This document shows positions 1 to 10,652 of a stretch of 64,000 nt of DNA, one piece after another. Position 1 is the stretch's first letter; every line of letters begins with the position of its first letter. Position numbers and translations under genes: made by a program. The notes beneath the pieces are model-generated. The model was given only the letters and a program-made list of their open reading frames with translations, ran no database searches and had not been told where the DNA came from. Origin of the DNA: an uncultured delta proteobacterium (GTDB taxonomy: Bacteria > Desulfobacterota > Binatia > UBA9968); NCBI GenBank assembly GCA_963755715.1, contig CAVWLW010000054.1:96001-160000 (forward strand), written 5' to 3'.

Positions 1-770
1 CCGCAACAAACACAACCAATCCCAAAAGTCCGAGCGCAAACACGCCTTTCCTTAGCCTGCTTTCTATCAAGCTTATGCCAAGTAGCGATATGAGACAGGC
101 GAGCCATGCGCCTCTGGAGTAAGTGAATATTAACCCGGTAAACTGCGCCGCGAGCGACGCCAGCCGTTACTCCGCGGACCCATCCCTTTTGACTTGCAAT
201 AACAGCCAGAGCCAGCGGAATACTCATAGCAAAAAGCAAACCGGCTGAGTTGGCGTGCGCCAGTGGGTAGCCGAAGCGGTTCACGAGACTAAAATTCAAA
301 ACCGATGGATTGTATAAAATGCCTCGGATGACCAGCACCCCCGGCAACAGACCAAGGAACAGGAGAAGCAGCTTCGGTCTCTCACCTTCGGCAAACAGAT
401 CCAAAACCATGACACAGTGCATAACAGCAAAGAATAGATAGCGGTAATCATCCGCCTCGTGAAAATCCGGCAAGAGAGACGCCGTGACGACTGCGAAAAA
501 CGCAAGCAGTGCGAGCGGGAAGGAGTTCTTATTTAGCCCGAGATTTCGCCGCCCGAGGCGAAACCAAATGAGAATCTTCCAGATCAACCAGAAGATAAAG
601 GTCGTCCGCGAGACGCTCCACGCGCTGAATCTAGCCCCTGACAGTGGAAATTCGAAACGTCCGACCGCGAGAAGGAGGATTGAAAAACACAGAAAAGCAA
701 AAACCCCTTTCCCCCACCATTCCACCAGCCGGGCGGATATTTTACTGCCATCCGCCTCTATCGCAGTCAT
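1..770 (-). CDS. O-antigen ligase/Wzy_C-family membrane protein (runs off window; apparent 1-nt frameshift near 165)
   Basis: Hand translation from ATG at 770 (MTAIEADGSK...) gives a very hydrophobic protein with NRFGYPLAHANSAG. After a frameshift near 165 it continues GLIFTYSRGAWLA, the ligase/polymerase SRG motif. Not in the ORF track because it is open-ended. Confidence 0.75.
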   Translation of the reverse strand, partial: MTAIEADGSKISARLVEWWGKGVFAFLCFSILLLAVGRFEFPLSGARFSAWSVSRTTFIFWLIWKILIWFRLGRRNLGLNKNSFPLALLAFFAVVTASLLPDFHEADDYRYLFFAVMHCVMVLDLFAEGERPKLLLLFLGLLPGVLVIRGILYNPSVLNFSLVNRFGYPLAHANSAGLLFAMSIPLALAVIASQKGWVRGVTAGVARGAVYRVNIHLLQRRMARLSHIATWHKLDRKQAKERRVCARTFGIGCVCC

Positions 771-773
771 TGC

Positions 774-2174
774 CTATCCAACATTTCTATGCAGGAATCC
801 GCGCATGAGGGTAAGGGCAAGAATTTTTAGATCCCGCCGCAGGGACCAATGCTCGATATAGTCGATATCGTGTTCGATGCGTCGTTCGAGGGAAGTATTC
901 CCGCGCCAGCCGTTGATCTGTGCCCAGCCGGTCATGCCCGCTTTGACTTTGTGCCTGAGCATGTATTTGGGAATCGATTTTCGGAATTGGTCGATAAGCG
1001 GCGGACGCTCGGGACGCGGCCCGACGAGACTCATCTCGCCGCGCAGAACATTGATCAGTTGTGGCAGCTCATCCAGGCTCGTCCGCCGCAACCAGTATCC
1101 CAACCAGGTTACGCGCGAATCGTTGCGGGTCGCCCACACCGGGCCGGTCGACTTTTCCGCATCGTCAACCATTGTGCGAAACTTGAGCATCTGGAATCTG
1201 TTGCCGTCCAGCCCCATGCGCTCCTGTCTATAGAGTACCGGGCCCGGCGAGGTTAATTTGATCGCCAGCGCGATCAGCGCCATAAGTGGGGAAAAGAGGA
1301 TTAGTGTAAGGAATCCAAATAGCAGGTCCACCGCTCGTTTCAGGATGGTGTTCCAGCCGTCGAGCGGCGATGCTTGCAGTGTCACGATTTGCAGATCCTC
1401 GAATTCTTCAATTCTACCGCGCAGCTTGGCAAACTCGCCCAGATCGGGAACATAGAAAAGCGTTACGGGCTCATCGCCGAGCCAATCCTGAACCTCTGCC
1501 AATCGCGCCGCCTCTTGGAGCGGAAAAGTCACAAACACCTGATCGATCTCGCCGGAACGAACCATGCCGACGAGCTCCTCTTGATTTCCAATGAGCGGAA
1601 CGCCGAGGGGTTCTGACTCGGAATCATCGTGTCCCAACAGATGCACGCCAACAACAGACAATCCAAGGTGACGGTACCAGTCGAGCTTATGAACCAATCG
1701 CCGCGCTTGGACCGCAGCACCAACGACAACGACGTGACGGAGGTTTTTCCCCCGCCTGCGCAGGAAACGCAGCCCCTCTCGCACAAGCAAATGACTAAGA
1801 TTAAGCAGCGCCGTGCTAAAAACCCAGAAACAAACCACGACGACTCGGGAAAGCACTATTTCACGGAGAAGAAAGATCACGCCGAGAAAAATCAACATCG
1901 CAAGACCGGCGCCTTTAAAAAGTTCGACGGTTTCGCGCCAGTGAGTGGAGATCCGGCGCGGGCGATAAACGTGCAGAAGCTGAAAGACTATCCCATAAAC
2001 CATCAGGATCAGAATCCAGGCGATAACGTAATGGCGGAAAACACGAGTCTCAGGCAAAAAAGGAAGATTTACATAAAAGCGCAAAAAATACGCCAGCCAC
2101 CATGACAGCGTGAGAAACATGAGGTCATTGACCAGCATGAGACTTTTGAAGAATTGGCTATAGCGCTTGAGCAT
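774..2174 (-). CDS. wcaJ: Undecaprenyl-phosphate glucose phosphotransferase (WcaJ/GumD-type initiating transferase)
   Basis: N-terminal TM segments and a CoA-binding-like domain, then KFRTM, RRTSLDELPQLINVLRGEMSLVGPRPERP and VKAGMTGWAQING motifs. Confidence 0.92.
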   Translation of the reverse strand: MLKRYSQFFKSLMLVNDLMFLTLSWWLAYFLRFYVNLPFLPETRVFRHYVIAWILILMVYGIVFQLLHVYRPRRISTHWRETVELFKGAGLAMLIFLGVIFLLREIVLSRVVVVCFWVFSTALLNLSHLLVREGLRFLRRRGKNLRHVVVVGAAVQARRLVHKLDWYRHLGLSVVGVHLLGHDDSESEPLGVPLIGNQEELVGMVRSGEIDQVFVTFPLQEAARLAEVQDWLGDEPVTLFYVPDLGEFAKLRGRIEEFEDLQIVTLQASPLDGWNTILKRAVDLLFGFLTLILFSPLMALIALAIKLTSPGPVLYRQERMGLDGNRFQMLKFRTMVDDAEKSTGPVWATRNDSRVTWLGYWLRRTSLDELPQLINVLRGEMSLVGPRPERPPLIDQFRKSIPKYMLRHKVKAGMTGWAQINGWRGNTSLERRIEHDIDYIEHWSLRRDLKILALTLMRGFLHRNVG

Positions 2175-3300
2175 CGCCTTGCTTCTCCGTCCCGCGCTCG
2201 CGCAGGCGAGCCTCTATATAATCGCTGATTTGAGCCTTGAACCGATCCCTTGAAAACCGGCAAGCCTGTTGGCGAATCCCGGTAGGCACAAATTTCTGTC
2301 GATTTTGTTCAAAGGCCCGCACAGCCGCCATCAAGCTCTCCACGGCCTGTTCTCGGAAAAAAATTCCCGTCGGCGGGCCAAGCTCGCTGCCCAACGGCAA
2401 GACGGTCTCCAGCGCGCCTCCTTTACCGTAGGCGATCACCGGCCGCCCACTAGCCTGCGCCTCCAAGGGCACGATGCCGAAATCCTCTTCCCCTGGAAAA
2501 ATCAAAGCCTGGCATCGTGAATAAAGTTCCGCGAGCGGCGCATCATCTACGAAGCCGAGAAATTCTATGTTCGAACGGGCCCGACGTTGCAGGATTCGCC
2601 GCAGTGGCCCGTCACCGGCAATCTTTAACGGCAGGTTTATCGCATTAAAGGCATCGATAGCAAGATCAATCCGTTTGTAAGGCACTAGGGCCGAGACGAT
2701 GAGATAATAAGGCTGAATCTCGTCACGGAGATGAAACTTCTCCATATCCACCGGCGGATAGATCACCGTCGCCGAGCGCCCATAGAGGCTTTTGATTTTC
2801 GCGGCAACGTTATTCGAGTTGGCAAGGAATTCATCCACCCGCAGGCTGCTCCGTAAATCCCAGCGTTGAAGATATCGGCGACTTAGAGATAGACCAGCGC
2901 GGGCAATCAAAGATGTTCCGCCGCTAAGATAGGCATCGCGCAAATCCCAAACATAGCGCATCGGCGTGTGGACGTAGGCAATGTGAAGCGCCCGATGCGG
3001 AAGTATTCCCTTGGCGACGCAATGGCTACTAGAAAGAATGAGATCGTAATCGCTCAGCTCGAAATGCTCTACGGCATGTGGAAATAACGGCAAAAGATAG
3101 CGGAAATGCCTTTGTGCTCCCGGCAAACGATCGATCCATGAAGTCTTGACATGCATCTGTCGAATCGCCGGCGAAACGCCGTCCGGATCGTAAACCAACG
3201 TGTATAAGTCGGCGTCCGGAAATAACTCGCAAAAAACCTCCAAACACTTTTCCCCGCCCCGCATACCGGTGAGCCAATCGTGAATTAAAGCGACTCGCAT
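2158..3300 (-). CDS. Glycosyltransferase family 4
   Basis: HDWLTGMRGGEK N-terminus; EEDFGIVPLEAQASGRPVIAYGKGGALE motif. Confidence 0.92.
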   Translation of the reverse strand: MRVALIHDWLTGMRGGEKCLEVFCELFPDADLYTLVYDPDGVSPAIRQMHVKTSWIDRLPGAQRHFRYLLPLFPHAVEHFELSDYDLILSSSHCVAKGILPHRALHIAYVHTPMRYVWDLRDAYLSGGTSLIARAGLSLSRRYLQRWDLRSSLRVDEFLANSNNVAAKIKSLYGRSATVIYPPVDMEKFHLRDEIQPYYLIVSALVPYKRIDLAIDAFNAINLPLKIAGDGPLRRILQRRARSNIEFLGFVDDAPLAELYSRCQALIFPGEEDFGIVPLEAQASGRPVIAYGKGGALETVLPLGSELGPPTGIFFREQAVESLMAAVRAFEQNRQKFVPTGIRQQACRFSRDRFKAQISDYIEARLRERGTEKQGDAQAL

Positions 3301-3368
3301 GTTTTCAGCTCGTAAATATTACGATTGCTAGGGTGGCAATCCTTCTGCGCGGAAAACATATCCAGTCT

Positions 3369-4358
3369 CTATCCTCTCACCAACTGAACAAATTTCTGCC
3401 GAAACATGGCCAACGAAAAAACTGACGTCAGCAGCCGGCGTATACAACTATTCGAGACTCGTCTCCGTTCCTGGATTTGTTTTCGTTTCTTCAGCATCAC
3501 AGGCAACATTCTTAGCGCATCCCTTTTTGCTCTAAAAAAGGCTCGCCACTTCAGGTGGCGCAGGCAAAGATAACAAAACGACCCCAATTCCTGAATAATC
3601 TTGTGGTGCGCAAAGCGCAGTATTAAACCGGTCGGCATATTTTTGATCCATACAAATTCGAGATTGCGTGTATGATAATACACGTGAGTATCACTGAGCC
3701 TCCCCGCCGTCGCGTTACCTTTGTGATAGACGACAGCATCAGGCACATACATACATTTCCAACCAGCGAGCTGGGCTCGAAAACTCAAGTCGACGTCTTC
3801 ATCGTAAAGAAAGAAGTCTGAGTCCAAAAAGCCAATGTCATTGATCATCTCCCGGCGATACAAAGCAGCTGCGGCACAAGCGGCAAACACCGGCTCCAAA
3901 GAGCTATAACTAGTGCGATCGTCCCGATGGCCCCGATTGAAACCTACGCCGGCAGATGTCAAGCCATCCCCTGCGCTATCGATGCGACCCGAACGTTCGA
4001 TAACGAGTTTTGAAGCGCAGAGTCCGATTGTAGGGTCGTTAAGCATTGGGGCAAGCAGCCTTTCTAGCCAATTCGTTTCCGCCCTCGTATCGTTATTGAC
4101 AAGAGCTATAAACTCTCCGCGCGCGATTTCCAGGCCCGCCAAATTACCGCCGGTAAAACCTTTATTATTTGAGAGTTGAAGAAGCTCGACCTCCGGGAAG
4201 CTTTTTTTCGTCCAAGTGACAGAATCATCCGTCGAGCCGTTGTCGACGAAAATAATCTCACGCTGTGGGTAGGTCTGGCGGGAAAGAGAGTCTAAACAAT
4301 CGTTTAGTAAGTCCCGTCCGTTCCAGTTGACGACAATAATGCTAACTTTGGGGATCAC
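3369..4358 (-). CDS. Glycosyltransferase family 2 (WbbL/rhamnosyltransferase-like)
   Basis: VSIIVVNWNG, VDNGSTD, NNDT and FFLYDEDVDLSFR motifs. Confidence 0.9.
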   Translation of the reverse strand: MIPKVSIIVVNWNGRDLLNDCLDSLSRQTYPQREIIFVDNGSTDDSVTWTKKSFPEVELLQLSNNKGFTGGNLAGLEIARGEFIALVNNDTRAETNWLERLLAPMLNDPTIGLCASKLVIERSGRIDSAGDGLTSAGVGFNRGHRDDRTSYSSLEPVFAACAAAALYRREMINDIGFLDSDFFLYDEDVDLSFRAQLAGWKCMYVPDAVVYHKGNATAGRLSDTHVYYHTRNLEFVWIKNMPTGLILRFAHHKIIQELGSFCYLCLRHLKWRAFFRAKRDALRMLPVMLKKRKQIQERRRVSNSCIRRLLTSVFSLAMFRQKFVQLVRG

Positions 4359-4589
4359 CTGTGTTCAGTACGGAGGGTGCATGATCTGTTCTTCGCGACG
4401 GTAACATTGTGATCCAAACCCGGTGCGACCACAAAACTTAAACTGTGCACGTAGTATCAACCAAATATGACCCTGTCCATACATGACATGAAAGTATTTT
4501 CGACAATGTAGTGGTTCGAATATACCCCATGAAAGGGTAAGTCGCTGATGAGCCTGTCAAAGATTCAATCTCTGACTGCACGATGCTTT

Positions 4590-5014
4590 TAATTTAGTTG
4601 CTCAAAGGTGAAAGTTTCCAACGCAAGGTCAGCGCAACTTGCTAGACCACACTTCATCTTGCCAATGCGGAACGAGTCGTTTTCGACCCCATTCACCATG
4701 CACAATTTTCTCAATGATGAGACCGTGCTTACCATAGAGGTCCCGCAGAAATCTCTCGTCGTATGCGATCGCTGCTTCGGGAATATGCGGATTGTCAACA
4801 CGACAGGTCTGTGATTTGAACTCGTACGCAAGTTTCGGAGAAGTTAAGCCAAGCCGCAATATTCTCCCGCGACACTGCGTCCAATACAAAATAGGTGGCT
4901 AAACAAACCCCACCGAGCTTCATGACGCGTGCTATTTCTGCGATGTGGTTGTCTATGTCTTCCGAAACCATGTGAGTGAAAACGGAACCGACGAAGACGA
5001 CATCAAACTCATTA
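4590..5014. repeat. ~425-bp diverged direct repeat, copy 1 (copy 2 at about 11982-12408)
   Basis: Long identical runs such as cttgctagaccacacttcatcttgccaatgcggaacgagtcgttttcgaccccattcaccatgcacaatt in both copies; similarity extends past the stop codon. Confidence 0.92.
4629..5014 (-). pseudogene. 5'-truncated duplicate of the class I SAM methyltransferase at 12022-12817
   Basis: Reads NEFDVVFVGSVFTHMVSED...WQDEVWSSKLR*. Nucleotide-level paralog of about 12022-12408, with no N-terminal half and a frameshift near 4850. Confidence 0.85.
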
Positions 5015-5052
5015 TAGTTCCATCAATAGAACCTTTGTTCTTCGGTCCGGTG

Positions 5053-6840
5053 TCAAAAGCACGGTTCGTTGTTTTCGGCATAAAAGAGATCCTGCCAGCG
5101 ATGTTGCGCCATCAGTTTCCCAAACGCCTGATCCAGCTTCACATGATCTACTACCTTCACGAGCCTCAGAACGCTTTCGGACACTACCCGGAGGCCTTGG
5201 TCTTCGGAAGCCAGGGTCAGCCACGCGGAGAAAACATCCATTTCGGTCGTGGGGTCGTTGACAACCTGTCGCGCGAGCAGGGCCTGAAGGCGATTGCTGT
5301 CCCGAACTGGATAAAATAGCAAAAAGTCACTTGATACAAATTCTTTGCGCCGAACCATGATAGGACGGATCCAGTCGTTCGGCCTTTGTAGTTGAAATGT
5401 GGGCGCCTCTGGCTTAAGCAAATTGCGATAGATCCCCTGTGCCTCGACTACGCCGGGCCGTTCATCTGTGCCGAGAACATAGATATTTAGATTTCGCGCC
5501 TGGCTCTGCGCCTCTTGGACCAGCAAATTGCCCATCTCGACTTCTTCGCGAAAGTGTCCCGACGATAGATTCACTCCAAGGATATGCTGCCACTGGATGG
5601 AAGGCGTCTCCGCAAAGAGCAATGCGATAACCACCGCTAGCGGCGCCATGCAAAGTGCCGCTAGCGGGCGCCGAGACCACTTCGGCAAATGTACGGCTGC
5701 TTTCCCTAAAATGTCGGGAAGAGCCACGACCAAAAAAATCAGCACGAAGGGGTACATGTATCGCATCTGTGGGCCGGCCAACCTTATCCACCAGACGACT
5801 CCTAGACAAAGGGTTGCCAGTACTACCAGGAAACGAAAATCTTCCCGGCGTCCGTGGCGCCGCAGCACGCGAAAAGCGATGAAACCGAGCGAAAGTAGCG
5901 TCGCAGCAACTGACATGTAAAACCAGTGCCATCCGAACGACGTATGGACCTGAGATGCGACCAGGCTCCAAAGCGGTACGTTCTTGAACATATCGATGAG
6001 AATTTTCTGCCCGTTATAACCGATCGTAAGATTCCGCTGAGAAAGATATTCTGATTTAAAGCAGACAACCGCTGTTCCGAAAAAAAAGACTGCCAAAAGA
6101 GTCGCGCTCCAGATGGAGTAATTTCTCAGCAACTTGTCCTCGCGCCATCTGGCGAATATCGGCCCGTGTACAATGAGCAGTTCGGTAATCCAGAAAAAGT
6201 AGAAGAGCGGCATAAGAAGCAGACCAACCGGCTTGACGAGCAGGGTAAGCGCCCCTGCGAGACTTCCCACCGTGGCAAGGCCGATTGAGCATCGCCGAAC
6301 ACTCACCAGTAGGAGCGCTGTCGCCGAGGCAGCTAACGCTGCGACGAAGCAATCCACATACCCCCAGTCGTAAGGTGACGTAAAAGCGGGGTTCCTCTCA
6401 AATTGATAGAACATCGGCAACGACGTAAGCATGAGCGCCCCGGTGAGATTGGCCCAACTCTGCCCCGGTTGGTATGCTCGTGACTCCGCTAGCAGCCAAA
6501 AGCCGACCACGAATAGGACGATCGGATAGTAAATGGATCGAAAAAAGAACGCACGGAAATTACGAGAGAATCCGAGCGGGCTGCTGAGCAGCATTGTCCC
6601 CGGAGGCCGGACCGGCGGTCCGACATTGAAAGGATTTACCAGCCGTCCCTTACCCCATTCCGTCCAAACCATTGCTCCTTTGGCATAGTATGCCATGGCG
6701 TCGTAGATTGGCGGCGTGATGGCGCGATTGGTCTTCCGGTGAATGCCGATGCCCAACAACAGCAAACACAACATGAGTATCGCCACCGGCGCATGCCTTG
6801 AGAATCGGCCACGAGATGTCTTGGGATTTTCTAGGTTCAT
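5053..6840 (-). CDS. Polytopic membrane protein, probable GT-C-fold (ArnT/PMT-like) glycosyltransferase
   Basis: 614-aa ORF, likely ATG at 6840. About 11-12 hydrophobic segments, an acidic first loop (PPIYDAMAY), LLVKPVG, QMRYMYPF and a soluble C-terminal domain. Confidence 0.6.
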   Translation of the reverse strand: MNLENPKTSRGRFSRHAPVAILMLCLLLLGIGIHRKTNRAITPPIYDAMAYYAKGAMVWTEWGKGRLVNPFNVGPPVRPPGTMLLSSPLGFSRNFRAFFFRSIYYPIVLFVVGFWLLAESRAYQPGQSWANLTGALMLTSLPMFYQFERNPAFTSPYDWGYVDCFVAALAASATALLLVSVRRCSIGLATVGSLAGALTLLVKPVGLLLMPLFYFFWITELLIVHGPIFARWREDKLLRNYSIWSATLLAVFFFGTAVVCFKSEYLSQRNLTIGYNGQKILIDMFKNVPLWSLVASQVHTSFGWHWFYMSVAATLLSLGFIAFRVLRRHGRREDFRFLVVLATLCLGVVWWIRLAGPQMRYMYPFVLIFLVVALPDILGKAAVHLPKWSRRPLAALCMAPLAVVIALLFAETPSIQWQHILGVNLSSGHFREEVEMGNLLVQEAQSQARNLNIYVLGTDERPGVVEAQGIYRNLLKPEAPTFQLQRPNDWIRPIMVRRKEFVSSDFLLFYPVRDSNRLQALLARQVVNDPTTEMDVFSAWLTLASEDQGLRVVSESVLRLVKVVDHVKLDQAFGKLMAQHRWQDLFYAENNEPCF

Positions 6841-7207
6841 AGAGCAAACGCGGTAGGCGAAAGAGGTTGCGGCGCCAAAAAAACCGGTACCAAGCACCCA
6901 ACTGTCGTGTCAAGCTTGAATGGGAGGGTGTGCGCCCCGTCTGAGAAGACCAGTTCGGGGCATGGTAAAGCACGCGGAGTGGATGGAAAATTTGGTGTTG
7001 GGCATCTCCCTCCCAGCCCCGACTCCCTTAAAATCCCCGAAAAAATGGGAAAATAGTGAAACATTTTCACGTCAGGCAAAGCGAGATAGCGATGCAGATG
7101 GTTCCTTTTCGTAAAACGCTCATTCAGTCCGTAGTGAGAGCGGAATTCATACGTAATAACTTTGTCGTGGGTTAATCCAAACGCCGCAGTACAGACCGAC
7201 GGTGACA

Positions 7208-9109
7208 TCAGGATTGTGGACGAGGGGCAGTGACCTGCGGGCGGGCGACGATCAACCCGGCGACAAGCGCGATGCCGAGAAGAATCGCCCCGATCAGCCT
7301 CAGACCCCGGCCGTGGCGCAGGGCCTTCTCCGTCAGCCAAGTCAACCGGCCCATGTCGGTGGGGGCGGTGATCTCCAGCGGAGCCGCGCCCGCCGCAATC
7401 TCGATCACGATCCGCGTTGGTCCCGTCCCGCGTTCGAGCGTCACCGTCTTCCAGCGGTCGGGGGACACGATCGCGCGCTCCAGCGGCAAGCGGATGCGGC
7501 CCGTCGCGTCGACCGTCTGGAGCGACGCTGCGCCGGGGCGCACTTCGCCGTGGACGCGCAGCCGGAGCAGCGGCAGGGCGGCGGCGGGGATCGGCTCGCT
7601 CACAAACCGCGCCGCCTCGGTAGCGGTGGGCGTAACGCACCACGCGGCAGCCCGGTAAATCTGTTCGGCCTCCGGCGGCACCACAAACGCTGCATAATTC
7701 CGCGATTCGGTCGCCTCGGGCTCGAACCGCAGGGGAAAACGGACCGCTGGCGGCAGGTGCGCCCGGATGCCGGCGTTGTCGAGCAGATCGGCGAGCTGGT
7801 TCGTATCCTGATGCAGGAACCGCGTCGCGGGTTCGTCCGCCAGCGTGGTGCGGTTGCCCGACATGAGGTAGGCGCGGACCGCCTTGACCTGGGCCACCTG
7901 CAGGGCGGCCCGTTGTTCGAGGAGCTGGTTGACGCGGACCTCCGTGAACCGGGCGTGCCAGCCGTGACCGACGACGACCAACCAGCCGGCCAGGACCAAA
8001 CCACCGGCGAGCATGGCGCGCGGGCCCCGCAAGGCAGCGAACAGGCGCAGCAGGCAGACGAGTCCGAGGACGAGGCCGAGGGCGAGCAGATCGTAATAAC
8101 GGGGCGGAAACGGCCAGGGCTCTCCGCCACGGGCCAGAGCGAGCGCGATGGCCTGCGCGCCATACCACGCCAGGACAGCTCCGAACATTGCGTCGCGTTT
8201 CTCCAGCCGGCGGCGGCTTCCGGCGGCGAGAACCGCGACAAACGGCAGAACGAAGGCGATGCCGAAGAGTGGATTCGTCTCGGGCCAGGCGAAGACCCGC
8301 CCGAAGCCGCGGAGAAATGTAAACAGCGAATGCGCGCGCATCGCCGCGTGCTGCGGGGCCGGTGCGACGAGGGCGAAGCCGACCAGCGCCAGCGCGAGAT
8401 TCACGCCGAACGTCAGCAGGAGAAACCGCTGCACCGACGCGGACGCATCGCGTTCGCGCACCAGACGCCAGCTGGCCAGCGCCACGCTGGCGAGGGCGGA
8501 CGCGAAGCCCGATCCCATTGTGCCCAGCGCCGCTATTCCGGCGAGCGTGCCCAGTCCCCAACGCCAGTCGCAGCGATCGGCAGCCCACGTGAGGGCGAGG
8601 TGGGCGAGCCCGAACAGCACCAGCAATTGAAACGCCGACAGGAAACCCCACTGCGCAGTCTCCCACGCGAGCGGGAGCGCCGCGCCGATCGTGGCGACCA
8701 CCAGCACGAGCGCCAGTGCCGAGCGCGGCAGACTTCGCCGGAAGAGCGCGGGCACGGTCAGCGCCGCCAGCGCGGCAAGCACCGCGTTCAGCGCCAACTG
8801 GGTGCGCGCGTTCCACTGACCGTCAAGATCAGCGAGTCCGACTGCCAGCAACCGGGTCCACACCGTGCGGTGCTCGTTGTTGGCCCTCCAGAGCCCCGGC
8901 CAGATCGAGCCACCCGACCAGTGCGGGCGGAGCACGTCGACGGCCTCGGAGTTCCACTGGTCGTGAAACGGCAGGTCGTTGCCGAAACGACCCACGACCA
9001 TCCAACGCGCACCGACAATGAGCAGGAATGCGCCTGCGAACGCGGCCGCGATCCACCACCGGAGCCGGTGCGGGGTGCAGTCGGCGGATGCTGGCGGGGC
9101 CTCGGTCAT
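7208..9109 (-). CDS. GC-rich polytopic membrane protein, probable GT-C-fold transferase
   Basis: 633 aa with many TM helices, first-loop motifs PFHDQW and NNEHR, PPRYY and a C-terminal TM. Visibly much higher GC than its neighbours. Confidence 0.65.
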   Translation of the reverse strand: MTEAPPASADCTPHRLRWWIAAAFAGAFLLIVGARWMVVGRFGNDLPFHDQWNSEAVDVLRPHWSGGSIWPGLWRANNEHRTVWTRLLAVGLADLDGQWNARTQLALNAVLAALAALTVPALFRRSLPRSALALVLVVATIGAALPLAWETAQWGFLSAFQLLVLFGLAHLALTWAADRCDWRWGLGTLAGIAALGTMGSGFASALASVALASWRLVRERDASASVQRFLLLTFGVNLALALVGFALVAPAPQHAAMRAHSLFTFLRGFGRVFAWPETNPLFGIAFVLPFVAVLAAGSRRRLEKRDAMFGAVLAWYGAQAIALALARGGEPWPFPPRYYDLLALGLVLGLVCLLRLFAALRGPRAMLAGGLVLAGWLVVVGHGWHARFTEVRVNQLLEQRAALQVAQVKAVRAYLMSGNRTTLADEPATRFLHQDTNQLADLLDNAGIRAHLPPAVRFPLRFEPEATESRNYAAFVVPPEAEQIYRAAAWCVTPTATEAARFVSEPIPAAALPLLRLRVHGEVRPGAASLQTVDATGRIRLPLERAIVSPDRWKTVTLERGTGPTRIVIEIAAGAAPLEITAPTDMGRLTWLTEKALRHGRGLRLIGAILLGIALVAGLIVARPQVTAPRPQS

Positions 9110-9136
9110 GGCGGCGGTGACGGTGCGGATTCCGCG

Positions 9137-9865
9137 TTACGCCCCTGGAAGATTTTTGCCAAACAAGATGCGAGCGTAAGTTCTCAAGGCGTGCCCAACG
9201 ACACGCCATCGTAAAGAAGAATTTGAGTGCCGGTAAACGATCGGAACTTCGGTGATGTTAAGCCCCTCGGCGTGGATGTTAGCGAGGGCTTCGAGGTGAA
9301 AATCAAAGGATCGGCTCTGCATATTACTTTCCAGGAGAAACTTGAACGCGTTGCGCGAGTACATGCGATAACCGGACGTAACATCTTTTAAGTGGCGCCA
9401 CTTCCACGGCCGTTTCTTTATGTTCAGGGCGAAATTGACGAGAACATTGCCACCCCAACTGAGTACTTTGCGGTAAAAGGGAACGTTCACCTTTTTTTCA
9501 CGATAACCGATCACCAGGTCAGCATGGGAATGCTCCTGAAAACGGGGCATGGACTCTGGATCATGGCTCATTCCAGCGTCGAGGGTGATGCAAAAGTCAT
9601 AACCTTGTTCCAATGCATAGCGCATTCCGTCAAGGATGGCTCCTGGAATGTGCGTGTTCCGCGCGTGCCGGATATAATGCACCCCAGAAATCCCAGGAAC
9701 GATCTGACCCGTTCGATCGGTGCTGGCGTCGTCGACGACACAGACGTCCGCGTGTCGTTGGCTCAGCCGAACGACCTGTTCAATCGACGCCTCTTCATTA
9801 TAGGCAGGGATTATCGCAATATATCGATGGGCCATAGCCGCCTTCACTCGAACACTATTCAGCAA
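9137..9865 (-). CDS. GT2 polyprenol-phosphate glycosyltransferase (DPM1/GtrB-like)
   Basis: IIPAYNEE, VVDDASTDRT, TLDAGMSHDP, DVTSGYRMYSR and EVPIVY motifs. Confidence 0.85.
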   Translation of the reverse strand: MLNSVRVKAAMAHRYIAIIPAYNEEASIEQVVRLSQRHADVCVVDDASTDRTGQIVPGISGVHYIRHARNTHIPGAILDGMRYALEQGYDFCITLDAGMSHDPESMPRFQEHSHADLVIGYREKKVNVPFYRKVLSWGGNVLVNFALNIKKRPWKWRHLKDVTSGYRMYSRNAFKFLLESNMQSRSFDFHLEALANIHAEGLNITEVPIVYRHSNSSLRWRVVGHALRTYARILFGKNLPGA

Positions 9866-10613
9866 CGTGGTCCTCGGCCCAGGCTAAAACCGTTTGGTAA
9901 GTGCTTTCCGCTTTTTCAATGTCCGACGGGGTGTTGATGTTGATGTAATCGCTACCAATCCTGAACGATTTAACCACATGACCATCGTCAATGGCACACT
10001 GAATCAAATCGGGGAGCTCCTTTTCGCCACGGTTCTGATTGATCGGCGTTAGGTCCAAATATTCAAAAATTCCGGCGCGGAAAAGGCAGTTACCAGTCCC
10101 GCGTATATTGTTGGGGGGATTACGTGGCTTCTCGATCAGTCGGTAAATCCGTTGTTCTTTATCATCCTGGATTATCGCGTAGGTCTTGCGGATCTCGTTG
10201 GTATCGGGCTCATGGACTACGCCACAGCTAACAAAAAGGTTCTCAGAATAGAACTGGTCGATCATCTCTTGATGGCGCGGACTACGTAAGATTTCGTCGG
10301 CCAAGAACAACATGAAATCCGAATCCCCAATCGCGTCCCGAGCACATTCGATGGCATGCACCAATCCTTTCGCGTCGTGCTGAATAACGTATTTGATTCG
10401 TACGTTTTGGAAGCGATTACCAAAGCCGTTGATAATCTCCTCGGCTCGGTAGCCCACCACCATCACGATTGCGGAGACCCCTACACGTACGGCATTTTCC
10501 AAACTATACTGCACTAAAGGCTTACCGAAGAGTTGCAGCATGCATTTATTGTGATTATTGAAACTTCCGCTCAGCCTTTTGCCGCTGCCCCCAGCAAGGA
10601 TCAAAGCCTTCAT
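9855..10613 (-). CDS. Sugar-1-phosphate nucleotidyltransferase (RmlA-like)
   Basis: MKALILAGGSGKRL, LIEKP and RGEKELPD motifs; ATG at 10613 preferred. Confidence 0.88.
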   Translation of the reverse strand: MKALILAGGSGKRLSGSFNNHNKCMLQLFGKPLVQYSLENAVRVGVSAIVMVVGYRAEEIINGFGNRFQNVRIKYVIQHDAKGLVHAIECARDAIGDSDFMLFLADEILRSPRHQEMIDQFYSENLFVSCGVVHEPDTNEIRKTYAIIQDDKEQRIYRLIEKPRNPPNNIRGTGNCLFRAGIFEYLDLTPINQNRGEKELPDLIQCAIDDGHVVKSFRIGSDYININTPSDIEKAESTYQTVLAWAEDHVAE

Positions 10614-10652
10614 ACGGTTTCTCCCAAAAGTACGATCACTGCCGTGCAAACA

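Noticed and set aside
6837-9214. Long ORFs 6837..8816 (-) and 7202..9214 (+)
   Set aside because: Arg/Ala/Pro-rich shadow frames of the high-GC membrane gene at 7208..9109
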